Position numbers and translations under genes: made by a program. A model generated the notes under the pieces. That model ran no database searches. It saw nothing but the letters and a program-made list of their open reading frames with translations, and had not been told where the DNA came from. From Acidobacteriota bacterium (GTDB taxonomy: Bacteria > Acidobacteriota > UBA6911 > RPQK01 > JADFOI01), in the NCBI GenBank assembly GCA_963663035.1, contig OY760074.1, positions 2,912,001 to 2,976,000 on the forward strand: a stretch of 64,000 bases of DNA, in the 5' to 3' direction. Shown in pieces: positions 1 to 10,707 of this stretch (positions are counted from its first letter, which is position 1; every line of letters starts with the position of its first letter).

Positions 1-314
1 TGAATAAGGGCCGGGCCCAGCAGATTGATCCCGACACGGGAAGCGATGGGAGGCGCGTGGATGGTCTCGGCGGCGAAGATGGCCTGCTCGACCACCGTGA
101 GACCCCGGCCCCCCCATTGCTTGGGCCAGTGGATACCCAGGTAGCCGGCCTCATTGAGCTTGCCCTGCCAGCTGCGGCGAATATCGAAAAGCTTCTTTTC
201 GTCATTGTTCGGATCACGAAGCTCTTCTATCCAGGGACGTTCCAGATTGTCCTGGAGCCAATCGCGCAACTGGGCCCGAAACTGCCGCTGCTCTTCACTG
301 AAGTGGAGATCCAC
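1..314 (-). CDS. Acyl-CoA dehydrogenase family protein, N-terminal part (runs off the window edge)
   Basis: Manual translation from GTG at 314 (SD GAAGGAG upstream): MDLHFSEEQRQFRAQLRDWL...WQGKLNEAGYLGIHWPKQWGGRGLT, a typical ACAD N-terminus. Not in the ORF track. Confidence 0.85.
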   Translation of the reverse strand, partial: MDLHFSEEQRQFRAQLRDWLQDNLERPWIEELRDPNNDEKKLFDIRRSWQGKLNEAGYLGIHWPKQWGGRGLTVVEQAIFAAETIHAPPIASRVGINLLGPALI

Positions 315-443
315 GAATTGACTCCTTCAAAGAAGCATACCAATTATTCACAGCTCCGGGACTCCGTCAAGCGCATATTCCCAAGCGCCCGTTATGGTGG
401 CTCTTTCTTGACTTTCTGTGAGTCGGCATGCAAGATGACGCCC

Positions 444-1892
444 ATGTTGAACTGCCAGAATTATATTGGGGGTAAGTGGATACCATCCTCCAACGGCGAA
501 ACCATAGAGTCTACCAATCCTGCCACGGGAGACCTGGTCTGCACCGCTCCCAACGCCAGCCTGGATGAGGTCAAGGAGGCCATCAGTACAGCCCGCAGGG
601 CCTTCGAAAGTTCGACTTGGTCCGAAGACTCTAACATGAGAGCAAGAGTCTTATATCGCTGGGCTCAGGAGATGAGAAACCGAATGGATGAGCTTGCCCG
701 GCTGTTGACTGATGAGAATGGCAAGACCCTGGCAGACGCAAAGGGGGAATTGGAGAGAGGCATAGGAATCCTCGAGTATTATGCTGGCCTGGCCCAAAAT
801 GTCTTCGGAAAAACTTCTATTTCCTCACCCAATTATTACAGCTTTGTTATGAGAGAACCGATGGGGGTTGTTGGAGCCATTGTTCCCTGGAACTTTCCTG
901 CTGTGTTGATGCTCAGGGCCGTTTCCCCGGCCCTGGCAGCCGGCAATGCGGTGATCGCGAAACCCGCCAGCTATACTCCAGGTATCAACTACGCCATGAT
1001 CAAAATCTTCTCGGAGATAGAGGAGGTTCCTGATGGGATCTTGAGTTTCGTCTCAGGCACCGGATCCATCGTGGGAGCCGAACTCGCCAGAAGCCGAGAC
1101 GTGGATATGATCGCTCTCACGGGATCCTCCGAGACAGGAAAGCGGGTGATGCAAGCGGCCTCCGAAACCCTGAAGAAGGTCTCTCTGGAATTAGGAGGAA
1201 AGTCTCCCAATATTGTACTAGACGATGCCAACTTCGATAAAGCAATCCGGTATGCCTTGAAAGGTGCCTGGATGTCCTTCGGCTGCCAGGTTTGCTATGC
1301 CGGCACCCGGATCTTGCTGGACAATGCCATTCATGACAGGTTCGTTGAAGCCCTCAAAGAACAGGCTGAAAGTATGAAGCTGGGATATGGGGCTAACCAG
1401 GGAGTGGATATTGGACCGGTCATCTCCCAGGACCAGGTGGACATCATCATGGACTACATCGACATCGGCAACCAGGATGCCAAACTGGTGACGGGGGGCT
1501 TCAGGGCCGACAGCGGTGACCTGGCCAAAGGTTTCTTTGTTGCTCCCACGGTCTTTGACGATGTCCCTGTCGAATCCAGACTGAGTCAGGAGGAGGTCTT
1601 TGGGCCGGTTCTGTCGGTCTTTCGCTTTGACGATGTAGAGGAAGCTGCAGAAATTGCCAACAACTCACAGTTTGGCCTGGCCGCAGCCGTTTGGACCCAG
1701 GACATCAACAAGGCCTTGCGATTGGCTCGAACGCTCAGGGCGGGAACGGTTTGGGTCAACACCTACGGCAGGCTCCCCTACCAGGCGGAGATGGGGGGAC
1801 AAAAAGAAAGCGGCATCGGCATCCAATATGGGGAAGAAGGACTGAACGAGTTTACCCAACTGAAACACATCGGGATAGATATCGGAGACTGA
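444..1892 (+). CDS. NAD-dependent aldehyde dehydrogenase, probably vanillin/hydroxybenzaldehyde dehydrogenase by context
   Basis: Motifs PWNFP, TGSSETG, LELGGKSP, catalytic Cys (GCQVC) and EEVFGP. Start moved to ATG 444 (or 435) because the ORF-track extension overlaps the divergent ACAD. Confidence 0.9.
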   Translation: MLNCQNYIGGKWIPSSNGETIESTNPATGDLVCTAPNASLDEVKEAISTARRAFESSTWSEDSNMRARVLYRWAQEMRNRMDELARLLTDENGKTLADAKGELERGIGILEYYAGLAQNVFGKTSISSPNYYSFVMREPMGVVGAIVPWNFPAVLMLRAVSPALAAGNAVIAKPASYTPGINYAMIKIFSEIEEVPDGILSFVSGTGSIVGAELARSRDVDMIALTGSSETGKRVMQAASETLKKVSLELGGKSPNIVLDDANFDKAIRYALKGAWMSFGCQVCYAGTRILLDNAIHDRFVEALKEQAESMKLGYGANQGVDIGPVISQDQVDIIMDYIDIGNQDAKLVTGGFRADSGDLAKGFFVAPTVFDDVPVESRLSQEEVFGPVLSVFRFDDVEEAAEIANNSQFGLAAAVWTQDINKALRLARTLRAGTVWVNTYGRLPYQAEMGGQKESGIGIQYGEEGLNEFTQLKHIGIDIGD

Positions 1893-1930
1893 TCCCACCG
1901 CATTTGCCGGCTCTGGGGAGGGAAAATCCA

Positions 1931-2761
1931 ATGACAGCTCGAGAGTATCAAACCGTGAAGGTTGAGCGTGAGGAGGGAGTGGCCTGGATGATCCTCAACC
2001 GACCGGAGAAGCGCAATGCCATGAATCCTCAGATGCATTATGAGATGGAGGAGGTGCTCAACGAGCTGTCCCTGGACCCTGAGATTCAGGTGCTGGTCCT
2101 CACGGGAGAAGGTGAGGCGTTTTGTGCCGGCATGGACCTCAAGGAGTACTTCCGAGACCTTGATAACGACCCCGCCGAACAGATCAAAGTTCGGTGGGCC
2201 ATGCGCAATTGGCAATATTTCAGGCTTCGCATGTGTCCCAAGCCCACCATAGCGGCAGTGAATGGATGGTGCTTTGGAGGAGCATTCACTCCCTTGATTT
2301 CATGTGACCTGGCCATCGCCGCCGATGAAGCGGTCTTCGGCCTGTCCGAAGTCAATTGGGGAATCCTGCCGGGAGGATTCGTCACCCGTGATGTGGCCAT
2401 GGTGATGAGCTACCGGGATGCCCTCTATTACATCATTACGGGCAAGACCTTTGATGGGAAAAAAGCGGCCGAGCTGCGGCTGGTGAATGAATCCGTGCCG
2501 CGATCTGAGCTGCGCTCTCGGGTCATGGCCCTGGCCCAGGATCTCAAGAAGATGAATCCTCACACGCTGCGCTATGCCAAAGATGCCTTCAAGATGTCCC
2601 GAGACATGGACTTTGAGCAGGCTTACGACTACCTGGCTGCCAAAAACGATCAGCTTCAGTTTCGGGATCCTGAGAAGGCACGGGACAAGGGCATCGAACA
2701 GTTTATCGACGACAAGACTTACAGACCCGGACTCAGTCCTTTGAAACGCTCCAAGGGCTAA
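1931..2761 (+). CDS. ech: p-Hydroxycinnamoyl-CoA (feruloyl-CoA) hydratase/lyase, crotonase family
   Basis: HCHL-like segments NRPEKRNAM, AGMDLKEYFR, VNGWCFGG, FGLSEVNWGI and C-terminal YRPGL. ATG 1931 follows GGGAGG. Confidence 0.88.
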   Translation: MTAREYQTVKVEREEGVAWMILNRPEKRNAMNPQMHYEMEEVLNELSLDPEIQVLVLTGEGEAFCAGMDLKEYFRDLDNDPAEQIKVRWAMRNWQYFRLRMCPKPTIAAVNGWCFGGAFTPLISCDLAIAADEAVFGLSEVNWGILPGGFVTRDVAMVMSYRDALYYIITGKTFDGKKAAELRLVNESVPRSELRSRVMALAQDLKKMNPHTLRYAKDAFKMSRDMDFEQAYDYLAAKNDQLQFRDPEKARDKGIEQFIDDKTYRPGLSPLKRSKG

Positions 2762-4878
2762 TGCGTGATCTCCGACCACTGCTGGCGCCAACCAGCGTAG
2801 CCATTGTGGGCGCCTCGAGTCGCCTCAATTCCGTGGCAGCCCGGCCCCTGAACAACCTCCAGGAAATGGAGTATGGGGGAGCCATCTATCCGATTAATCC
2901 CCACAGCAGTGAAATTGCCGGTATCCCTTGTTACCCCAATCTGGAAGAGCTGCCTGAGGTGCCCGAACTCGCTTTGCTGGTGTTACCGGCCAAGCACGTC
3001 ATGGCGACTCTGGAAAGTTGTGCCAGCCGCCAGGTTCGAGCGGCCATTGTGATCAGTGCAGGGTTTGCCGAGAGGGACCCGGAGGGGGCTCAAGCTCAAG
3101 CCAGGATGGGGGAGCTGGCCCGGGAAAGCGGAATGGTGATTTGTGGACCAAACAGCTTGGGTGTCCTGAATTTTGTGGATCGGATTCCCTTGACCTTTGG
3201 TTCAGTCGTCGACATGAAACACTTTCCAGGTGGCCGCGTGGGCCTGGTCTCGCAGAGCGGAGGAGTTCTGGTGGGACTGGCCAACCGGGCCTTTGATGCC
3301 GGCGTCAACATCAGCTACGCCGTGGCTACCGGAAACGAAGCGGATCTCGAGCTAAGCGAGACCGTTGAGTATCTCGCAGAAAATCCAGGCACGGACGTGG
3401 TGGTGGCCATCGTGGAAGCCATTCGCGACGGTCCCCGTTTCCTCTCCCTGTGCGATCGCCTGCTGGAACTGGGAAAGCCCTTGATTGTCTACAAGGTTGG
3501 CCGCTCGGAAGTGGGCAAAGCCGCTGCCCGTTCTCACACGGGAGCCCTGGCAGGCTCCTACCCGGTGCTGCAAGCGGTCCTTCACCAGCGGGGAGTCATA
3601 GAAGCCGAGGAGATCGACGATTTGTTCGCGCTGGCTGGGGCTTGTGCCGGCGGACGTTTTCCCACGGTTCCGGGTCTGGGGGTGATTACCGAATCAGGTG
3701 GGGCGGGTGCCATGGCAGCTGACAAGGCCGATGAGCTGGGTCTCACGGTAGCCACCATCGGCGAGGAGACAGGACAGCGACTGAAAGAGTTCGTTCCCAA
3801 GTTCGCCAGTAGTCAAGTCACAAATCCATTCGATGTGACCTCGGTGATTGCCGAAAACCCGGCCTCGGTGGGAAACATGGCCGAGGCCTTCTTCGAGGAC
3901 CCGGCAGTGGGCGGCTTACTGGTGATCACGGCTGGCAGCGGTGAGCCGGGGAAGGCACGCATGCAGGCCTTGCTTGATCACGCTGACACCTCCCAAAAAC
4001 CGGTCTTCGGGGTAATCCTGGCTGGCTCAAGTGCCACACCCTCCTACCAACTCCTGAGGTCGGGCAATATACCGGCCTTCCACTCTCCAGGTAAGGCAGT
4101 GGCTTCCATGGCCGCGCTGTGGCATTTCACCGAAGCGCGGAAACGGCACAAGGCACGTTCCAGAGCCGCCAAAGAACCGGTGGCTTCTGCTACCCCTTTC
4201 AAGGATGCATTGGCGGGACTCGGAAGAGCACCAACGGAGTTCGATGCCAAATGCTTCCTCAAGCAGTGTGGTCTACTGGTGGTTGAAGAGCTGCTGGCCA
4301 GCTCAGTGAGCAAAGCGATTGAGCATGCAGAGACTCTTGGATACCCGGTTGCACTCAAGATTCAATCCCCGCAGATTGCCCATAAGACCGAGGTGGGTGG
4401 GATTCGCCTGAATCTGAATGACCGACAGGCCGTAGAGACAGCTTACCAGGAGATTTTGGAGCGGGCACAAGACACCAAGCCCACAGCTGACATCGTTGGA
4501 ATGCTAGTCTCCCAAATGGTTCCGACACCGCTGGAGCTTGTTGCCGGAATGCACGTGGACCCGACCTTTGGTCCACTTATTCTTTTTGGTCTGGGCGGTA
4601 TTTGGGTCGAGGTCTTTGATGAAGCTTCCATGTGTCCGGCGCCGCTCACACCGGAAGACACCCTGGAGATGGTGACTCAGCTGCGCGGTGCCTCTCTCTT
4701 GCAGGGAGCCCGAAATATGCCACCAGTCAGACCAGAGGAAATCCAGTCACTTCTTTTGACACTTTCAGGAATCGCCATGGCGGCTCAGGGTCTCCTGGGG
4801 GGAATTGATATCAATCCCCTGGTCCCCACCTCAGATGGCCGTCTGATGATACTGGATGCCAGCCTCTACCTTATCTGA
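2761..4878 (+). CDS. ADP-forming acyl-CoA synthetase (fused alpha/beta), likely feruloyl-CoA synthetase of the FerA type
   Basis: CoA-binding N-terminus (AIVGAS, GPNSLG), SQSGG, phospho-His motif SHTGALAG, ATP-grasp HKTEVGG. Overlaps the ech stop. Confidence 0.85.
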   Translation: MRDLRPLLAPTSVAIVGASSRLNSVAARPLNNLQEMEYGGAIYPINPHSSEIAGIPCYPNLEELPEVPELALLVLPAKHVMATLESCASRQVRAAIVISAGFAERDPEGAQAQARMGELARESGMVICGPNSLGVLNFVDRIPLTFGSVVDMKHFPGGRVGLVSQSGGVLVGLANRAFDAGVNISYAVATGNEADLELSETVEYLAENPGTDVVVAIVEAIRDGPRFLSLCDRLLELGKPLIVYKVGRSEVGKAAARSHTGALAGSYPVLQAVLHQRGVIEAEEIDDLFALAGACAGGRFPTVPGLGVITESGGAGAMAADKADELGLTVATIGEETGQRLKEFVPKFASSQVTNPFDVTSVIAENPASVGNMAEAFFEDPAVGGLLVITAGSGEPGKARMQALLDHADTSQKPVFGVILAGSSATPSYQLLRSGNIPAFHSPGKAVASMAALWHFTEARKRHKARSRAAKEPVASATPFKDALAGLGRAPTEFDAKCFLKQCGLLVVEELLASSVSKAIEHAETLGYPVALKIQSPQIAHKTEVGGIRLNLNDRQAVETAYQEILERAQDTKPTADIVGMLVSQMVPTPLELVAGMHVDPTFGPLILFGLGGIWVEVFDEASMCPAPLTPEDTLEMVTQLRGASLLQGARNMPPVRPEEIQSLLLTLSGIAMAAQGLLGGIDINPLVPTSDGRLMILDASLYLI

Positions 4879-4887
4879 CACTCTAAG

Positions 4888-5062
4888 CCCGCATTATGCA
4901 TAGGTTTTCGTAGCGAAGTGGCGCAGGTGCCGCGATGACAAGGCGTGTGACGAAGCGCCCCGCAGGCGTACTCTTGCAGTACGCCGAGGAGCGCAAGGAA
5001 ACACAACGCAGTCAGCGCGGATGATTGCGACGCTGTAGTAGAAAATCTATGCATGATGCGGG
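4888..5062 (+). mobile_element. Structured MITE-like element, type A (IS1380-like ends), 175 bp
   Basis: TIR CCCGCATTATGCATA/TATGCATGATGCGGG, flanks TAAG/CTAG. Contains the GCAGGCGTACT..AGTACGCCGAGGA hairpin. Confidence 0.85.
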
Positions 5063-5143
5063 CTAGTCGTATATGCTCTGGGGACCGCCTGCTCGTGGGC
5101 AGATGGATAACAAGCACAATTGCTCAAAAAAACAGGAGGATTG

Positions 5144-6811
5144 ATGATGAACCCGATACGGTTCTCAATAACCTTGTTCCTTGCATTCTCAGCACTGCCT
5201 CTGGCTGCTTGCAGCGGAGTCATGGGGGATCAGGCCTTCTCGGAAGAAGAGTTGGCCTGTCTGGCACTCACCGGTGTCCGCAATCTCACCATTACCTCAG
5301 CCCGGTTGGTCCCGGCCGCCGATGAGACGCCCCAATATTGCTACGTCAAAGGAGTGATCGCACCGGCCATAAGCTATCATGTCCAGCTTCCCTTGCCGGA
5401 AAACTGGAACGGCCGATTCCTCAAGTGGGGAGATGGCGGCAAGGACGGGGACCTGGATTTCGCGAATCACCGGGTGGCCGAAGGATACGCGGTTGCCAAC
5501 AGCAACATGGGGCACGACAGTGGAGCGGAACCAGGCTCAGCCTTTGGCTATGACAACCGGCAGGCGGAGATCGACTTTGGCTACCGGGCCGTGCATCTCA
5601 CCGCCAACGCGGCCAAGACGATGATCCGGCAGTATTACGATCAGGCTCCCGAATATTCCTATTTCGAGGGTTGCTCGACAGGTGGCAGGGAAGGTCTGAT
5701 GGAAGCACAACGCTATCCCTACGACTTTGACGGGATTGTGGCTGGTGCTCCCGTGATTCACTATCAGACAACGAATGTGAGCCATGCCTGGATGCTGCAA
5801 AAGGTCTTCCAGAACGACTTCGCGGATAACCTGGCCTTTGACACCGACGGAGATGGCTCCTTCGACAGTTTGAAAAAAGTGAAGATGCTGGAGGACGCGG
5901 TACTGGCCAAATGCGATGCCAATGATGGGATCACCGACGGAATCATTGATAATCCCCTCGCCTGCGAATTCGCCCCAGACTTGGATCTGGCTGAGATGAT
6001 GTGCAGTGGGAATGTGAATGCCGACGATTGTTTCACCACCGGTCAGCTGCAAAATATAAAAGATTTCTACGCGGGCCCTTACGACAGCAAGGGAGTTTCC
6101 ATCTTAAAAGGGAAAGCCTTTGGCTCGGAATGGGCCTGGCCCAATAGCAACATACCCCATGAAGGAAACTCCCTGTTCCCAGGCAATTTAGGGTATGTGA
6201 GAAACCACTTCAACGCTATCTTTTACGAGGAGGATCCAGGTGTGGCCCCGCCGGATATCACTGACCTCTCCTACCAGCTGGATAAGAGAGCCATACCACC
6301 GGAATGGGCCTGGTGGGAATTTAATGTTGACGATGTCACGGCAGGTCGAGGCGACTTGATGATGTCAATCATCGATGCGACGGATCCGGACTTGACCCGA
6401 TTCCTCATCCAAAACGAAGGAAAGATCATCCTCTACCACGGCTGGGCTGATTTTTCTCCTCCTCCTGAACCCAGCGTGGATTACTACAATGCAATGGTGG
6501 ACGCCACTTTCGGGGGTGATCTAGAGGAGGCCAGAAATCAAGCCAGATTGTTCATGGTGCCCGGGATGGGTCACTGCCGGGGTGGGCCCGGACCCAACAC
6601 CTGGGACAAACTACCAGCGCTGGTGGATTGGGTTGAGAACGGAAATGCACCGGACTCCCTCATCGCCACCCACAGCACGGATGGAGTGGTCGATAACGAA
6701 CGGCCCCTTTGCCCCTATCCGGAACAAGCCGTTTACAGCGGCCCTTCCGGCGGCGAAAACGACGCCGCTAACTGGGTGGCCAGCAACTTCATATGCCAGG
6801 AAGTGAGATAA
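5144..6811 (+). CDS. Tannase/feruloyl esterase family alpha/beta hydrolase, predicted lipoprotein
   Basis: GCSTGG nucleophile elbow, HGWAD and GMGHC (CS-D-HC motif), lipobox LAAC, SD GGAGGA before ATG 5144. Confidence 0.9.
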   Translation: MMNPIRFSITLFLAFSALPLAACSGVMGDQAFSEEELACLALTGVRNLTITSARLVPAADETPQYCYVKGVIAPAISYHVQLPLPENWNGRFLKWGDGGKDGDLDFANHRVAEGYAVANSNMGHDSGAEPGSAFGYDNRQAEIDFGYRAVHLTANAAKTMIRQYYDQAPEYSYFEGCSTGGREGLMEAQRYPYDFDGIVAGAPVIHYQTTNVSHAWMLQKVFQNDFADNLAFDTDGDGSFDSLKKVKMLEDAVLAKCDANDGITDGIIDNPLACEFAPDLDLAEMMCSGNVNADDCFTTGQLQNIKDFYAGPYDSKGVSILKGKAFGSEWAWPNSNIPHEGNSLFPGNLGYVRNHFNAIFYEEDPGVAPPDITDLSYQLDKRAIPPEWAWWEFNVDDVTAGRGDLMMSIIDATDPDLTRFLIQNEGKIILYHGWADFSPPPEPSVDYYNAMVDATFGGDLEEARNQARLFMVPGMGHCRGGPGPNTWDKLPALVDWVENGNAPDSLIATHSTDGVVDNERPLCPYPEQAVYSGPSGGENDAANWVASNFICQEVR

Positions 6812-6823
6812 GAACCATCAGAC

Positions 6824-9097
6824 TCACTCGTCTGACTGTCTGAGACGAAGGCTGTTGGCTACCACAGTAACGCTACTGAAGGCCATGGCCAAGGCGGCTA
6901 GAATGGGATGTAAGGATCGAAGTGCGCTGGGGAAAATGGCGAAAGGATAGAGAACCCCGGCCGCCAATGGAATGAGGATCACGTTGTAGAAAAAGGCCCA
7001 GAAGAGATTCTGTTTGATGGTCCGCAGGGTGGCCTTGCTGAGAGCAATGGATTGCGGAACGGAGCGAAGGTCACCTCTCATGAGAGTCACATCAGCCGTT
7101 TCCATGGCCACGTCGGTACCCGTTCCTATAGCGATTCCCACATCCGCCTGAGCCAGAGCGGGGGCGTCATTGATTCCATCTCCCACCATCGCCACCAATC
7201 CCACTCCCTCGCTTTGCAGCTTCTGAATGTGGGCCGCCTTCTCGCCAGGAAGCACCTCCGCCAGGACCCGGTCGATCCCCACTTCTCCAGCTATAGCCTG
7301 GGCTGTGGCCGTATTGTCGCCCGTCATCATGACCACCGTCAGGCCCAGTTGTTGAAGCTCCCCAACAGCCTCCCTGGAGCCTGGCTTCAAGGTGTCCGCA
7401 ATGCCCAAAAGGCCCACAGCCTTCTCGTCAACCGCCACCCAGACTACGGTTTTTGCTTCCGATTGCAGGCGTTTGGCTTCGGCTTCCAGCCCGTTGAGTT
7501 GAACTGAGCTCTCCATCATCATCTTGAGGTTACCCAGAGCCACGCGGCGCCCCTCAACCCGGGCAACCACTCCCTGGCCCGATTGAGCTTCAAATTGATC
7601 GGGTTGGCTCAAGGGGAGCCCCCGCTCTTGAGCGGCTCCTACAATCGCTTCCCCCAAGGGATGTTCACTCCCCCTTTCCACCGATGCAGCCAGTGACAGC
7701 AGTTCAGCTCCTTCCTGGCCTGTTTTCAGGTTCTGCTCTGGGACCCAGATATCGGTGACGGAAGGCTTACCCAATGTGAGGGTCCCGGTTTTATCCAGCA
7801 CAATCACCTTGAGTGAATGGGCATTCTCCAATGCCTGGCTGCTCTTGAAGAGAATGCCATTTTGGGCCCCCCTACCCGTAGCCACCATAATGGCGGTGGG
7901 TGTGGCGAGTCCCAGAGCACAAGGGCAGGCGATGACCAGCACTGCCACCATCCGAATCATGGCCGGGGTCAAACCTTGCTGGGCGATCACCCACCAAACC
8001 AGAAAGGTGACCGCGGCCACAAGAATCACGATGGGCACAAAGACACCGGCCACCTGATCGGCCAGGCGCTGAATCGGGGCCCGGCTTCCTTGAGCCTCCT
8101 GCACCAGACGAATGATCTGTGCCAGGGCAGTCTCGGCTCCCACACGCCGGGCCTCGAACAGGAGTCTCCCCTGCTGGTTGATGGAACCGCCGATCACCTC
8201 TTCACCTGTCTGCTTGGTGACGGGGAGACTCTCACCCGTCATCATACTCTCGTCTACTCCTGATCGACCTTCGGTGACGATACCGTCCACGGGAATCCTC
8301 TCCCCGGGACGGACAACGACGATGTCACCTAGGGCAACTTCTGCAACCGGGATATCCACTTCCTGATTGTCTCTGACCACGCGGGCCGTCTTTGGGCGCA
8401 GACCCATCAGCTTTTTAATGGCCGCGCTGGTTTTACCTTTGGCTCGAGCCTCCAGAAGCTTTCCCAGTTTGATCAGAGTGATGATGACGGCTGCGGTCTC
8501 ATAGTAAACATGCGTTCCCAGAGCGGGACTCCCAAGAGTCAGTGCCACAGTCACAGGAATACTGTAGAAGTAGGCGGCTGAGGAGCCCATCGCAATCAAC
8601 ACGTCCATATTGGCCGAGCGGTTGCGCAGGGAGTTCCAGCCACCGACATAGTAGTCCCAGCCCACGTAAAATTGCACAGGCGTCCCCAAAGCGAGCATCA
8701 GCCAATTCACCCAGGCAGCGTAAGACCAGGCTCCCAGAAGACCAAAGTCGCGTGACATGCTGAGTAAAAACAGGGGTAGCGAGAGGCTCACACCGATCCA
8801 GAACTTGCGGGCCAGAGTCTCAATCTCAGCCTGGCGGGCAGCTCCTTCGCTGTCTTCCAGCAGGTCAGGCCCAGATTCTGCCGCTGAGTAGCCGACTCGC
8901 TCGATGGCTGCCACCAGGTCGTGGGGGCTCACCTGATCCGGGAGGTACACCACCTGAGCTTTCTCGCTGGCAAAGTTGACATTCGCTCCCACCACACCGG
9001 CGACCTTCTTTTCCAGCGTCCGCTGGATCGTAGCGGCACAGTTGGCGCAGGTCATCCCGGTGATGGCCAGGGTGATCTGTTCCTCATTGGGGCTCAC
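6824..9097 (-). CDS. copA: Cu(I)-translocating P1B-type ATPase
   Basis: GMTCANC metal-binding domain, TGES, CPC, DKTGT, SEHP, GDGIND, YN and MAFSS motifs. Confidence 0.95.
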   Translation of the reverse strand: MSPNEEQITLAITGMTCANCAATIQRTLEKKVAGVVGANVNFASEKAQVVYLPDQVSPHDLVAAIERVGYSAAESGPDLLEDSEGAARQAEIETLARKFWIGVSLSLPLFLLSMSRDFGLLGAWSYAAWVNWLMLALGTPVQFYVGWDYYVGGWNSLRNRSANMDVLIAMGSSAAYFYSIPVTVALTLGSPALGTHVYYETAAVIITLIKLGKLLEARAKGKTSAAIKKLMGLRPKTARVVRDNQEVDIPVAEVALGDIVVVRPGERIPVDGIVTEGRSGVDESMMTGESLPVTKQTGEEVIGGSINQQGRLLFEARRVGAETALAQIIRLVQEAQGSRAPIQRLADQVAGVFVPIVILVAAVTFLVWWVIAQQGLTPAMIRMVAVLVIACPCALGLATPTAIMVATGRGAQNGILFKSSQALENAHSLKVIVLDKTGTLTLGKPSVTDIWVPEQNLKTGQEGAELLSLAASVERGSEHPLGEAIVGAAQERGLPLSQPDQFEAQSGQGVVARVEGRRVALGNLKMMMESSVQLNGLEAEAKRLQSEAKTVVWVAVDEKAVGLLGIADTLKPGSREAVGELQQLGLTVVMMTGDNTATAQAIAGEVGIDRVLAEVLPGEKAAHIQKLQSEGVGLVAMVGDGINDAPALAQADVGIAIGTGTDVAMETADVTLMRGDLRSVPQSIALSKATLRTIKQNLFWAFFYNVILIPLAAGVLYPFAIFPSALRSLHPILAALAMAFSSVTVVANSLRLRQSDE

Positions 9098-9306
9098 TCA
9101 TCCTCCGCTGGATAATTGATCTCCTGCAACAAATGACGCACCTGCTCCCAACTCAGGGAACTCTCGTCCCAGTCGAGAGTGACCATCTTAGTTGGATCGT
9201 CGGCCTGAACCGAGGTGACGCCCTCCAGCTCACTCAATTCTTGCCGAATGGTCATGACACAGTGACCACAACTAATGTTCGGTACTCGAAACGTCTTTGT
9301 CTTCAT
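9094..9306 (-). CDS. copZ: Copper chaperone, HMA domain
   Basis: 70 aa with an ISCGHC motif, overlapping the copA start. Confidence 0.9.
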   Translation of the reverse strand: MKTKTFRVPNISCGHCVMTIRQELSELEGVTSVQADDPTKMVTLDWDESSLSWEQVRHLLQEINYPAEDE

Positions 9307-9362
9307 GTCTCTCTCCTCCCCCTCTCATCCGCAAACATTACCCTATTTCTCAAAAGGTGTAC

Positions 9363-9641
9363 CTAGCGCTTTCCCGTGGTCTTGAAGACGTCCAGAATTT
9401 CTCCAATGACACGCTCCCGCTCGTCTGGATTGTCCCCTCGAATCGCGGTAGTGGCACAGGTGTGCAGATGCCGGTCCAGTACCAGGGTATTCACTTTCTC
9501 GAGCGCCCGCTGTACTGCCACTATCTGGTTCACGATATCGATACAATAGGCGTCACTTTCCACCATGCGGGCGATGCCTCCAACGTGTCCTTCAGCGCTC
9601 TTTAACCGCTTTAAGATATCGGATGTGACTTTCTGACTCAT
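9363..9641 (-). CDS. csoR: Copper-sensing repressor of the CsoR/RcnR family
   Basis: RLKSAEGHVGGI, YCIDI and HLHTC ligands. First gene of the cop operon. Confidence 0.92.
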   Translation of the reverse strand: MSQKVTSDILKRLKSAEGHVGGIARMVESDAYCIDIVNQIVAVQRALEKVNTLVLDRHLHTCATTAIRGDNPDERERVIGEILDVFKTTGKR

Positions 9642-9661
9642 TGTTTTCCCGGCCCTTTCGG

Positions 9662-9724
9662 CCCACCCCCCCAGGGGCTGGGGTACTCTTCCCTATTATG
9701 AGCATTAAGAACAACTCTTGTCAA
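9662..9724 (-). promoter_or_regulatory. Putative csoR promoter with a G/C-tract CsoR operator
   Basis: On the minus strand: TTGACA (9719-9724), 18 bp spacer, CATAAT (9695-9700), then TACCCCAGCCCCTGGGGGGGTGGG, resembling C-tract/G-tract CsoR operators. Confidence 0.55.
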
Positions 9725-9739
9725 CTTCAGGAATGGAGA

Positions 9740-10639
9740 TTAATCGATGGCCTGGTCTGAGAGAACGGCTATCAAAGAGAGAGGGTCAATCCGGCTTCCA
9801 TTGAGACGAACACTCCAGTGAAGGTGGGGGCCGGTGACACGACCTGTAGCTCCCACGTAGCCGATCTGCTCTCCGGGTGAGACCAGATCCCCCTCTGCTA
9901 CGGCGAAGCGGGACAGATGGCCGAAGTAGGAATAGAGTCCCTGTCCGTGGTCCACGATAATGGTGTTACCAGAGAAGTAGAGATTTGAAACCAGAACGGC
10001 TTTCCCGCTATTGGGGGATCTCACGGGAGTTCCCTCATCGGCATCAAAATCTGTTCCGCTGTGAGGGCTGCGCGGCTGCCCGTTCAGGATACTGCGTTTG
10101 CCAAACCCACTGGTGGCCGCGCCTGGGACCGGTGACAGAAAGGATCTCTCCCAGAGTTTCCGCGGGTTGATGGTGGCGAAGATCGCCCCGACTCTCTGGG
10201 ACTCCTCCTGGATGCGCTCCGACTCTTCCTGGGGAGGATTGACGAATCTCTCCTCTACAGTGAGCCGGCGAGTGGGGAAGTCTTTCCCCCCAACCTGGAG
10301 TTCATATCTGGCTTCGACTGAAGAACCGCTCTCGGTTGCTCCCTTGAGACTGACCGGGTAATTACCAGGGGATGTTTCCAGATCAATGCCGATAAGACCT
10401 TGCCACTTTCTTCCATCCCCGCTGGGAGAGAAGAGGACGGTTTTTTCAAAAGCTTCTCCCTGCATGCTTTCCAAAGGGACAGTGCTTTCAGCCCTGATCA
10501 GGACAACTTCTCCCGGCTGCAGTGAGCGGGCCAGATGGGAAACTTCCAGCTTGGAAGGTGTCAACTGATTGGCAGCACCCATCAAGGCAGGCAAGACCAG
10601 GAGTAACCACAAAAGAATCTGAAAAAACGACTTTTTCAT
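9740..10639 (-). CDS. M23 family metallopeptidase, exported
   Basis: Signal peptide; HSGTD (HxxxD) and HLH zinc motifs; TGRVTGPHLHW. Confidence 0.92.
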   Translation of the reverse strand: MKKSFFQILLWLLLVLPALMGAANQLTPSKLEVSHLARSLQPGEVVLIRAESTVPLESMQGEAFEKTVLFSPSGDGRKWQGLIGIDLETSPGNYPVSLKGATESGSSVEARYELQVGGKDFPTRRLTVEERFVNPPQEESERIQEESQRVGAIFATINPRKLWERSFLSPVPGAATSGFGKRSILNGQPRSPHSGTDFDADEGTPVRSPNSGKAVLVSNLYFSGNTIIVDHGQGLYSYFGHLSRFAVAEGDLVSPGEQIGYVGATGRVTGPHLHWSVRLNGSRIDPLSLIAVLSDQAID

Positions 10640-10707
10640 GAGCTTCGATTATATAGTAGAACCGTGTTGAAAAGCATTCGACTATACTAGCGGGCTAGGC
10701 CTGAACG

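Noticed and set aside
57-443. N-terminal extension of the aldehyde dehydrogenase in the ORF track
   Set aside because: It is the antisense of the acyl-CoA dehydrogenase gene; aldehyde dehydrogenase homology starts at about 444.
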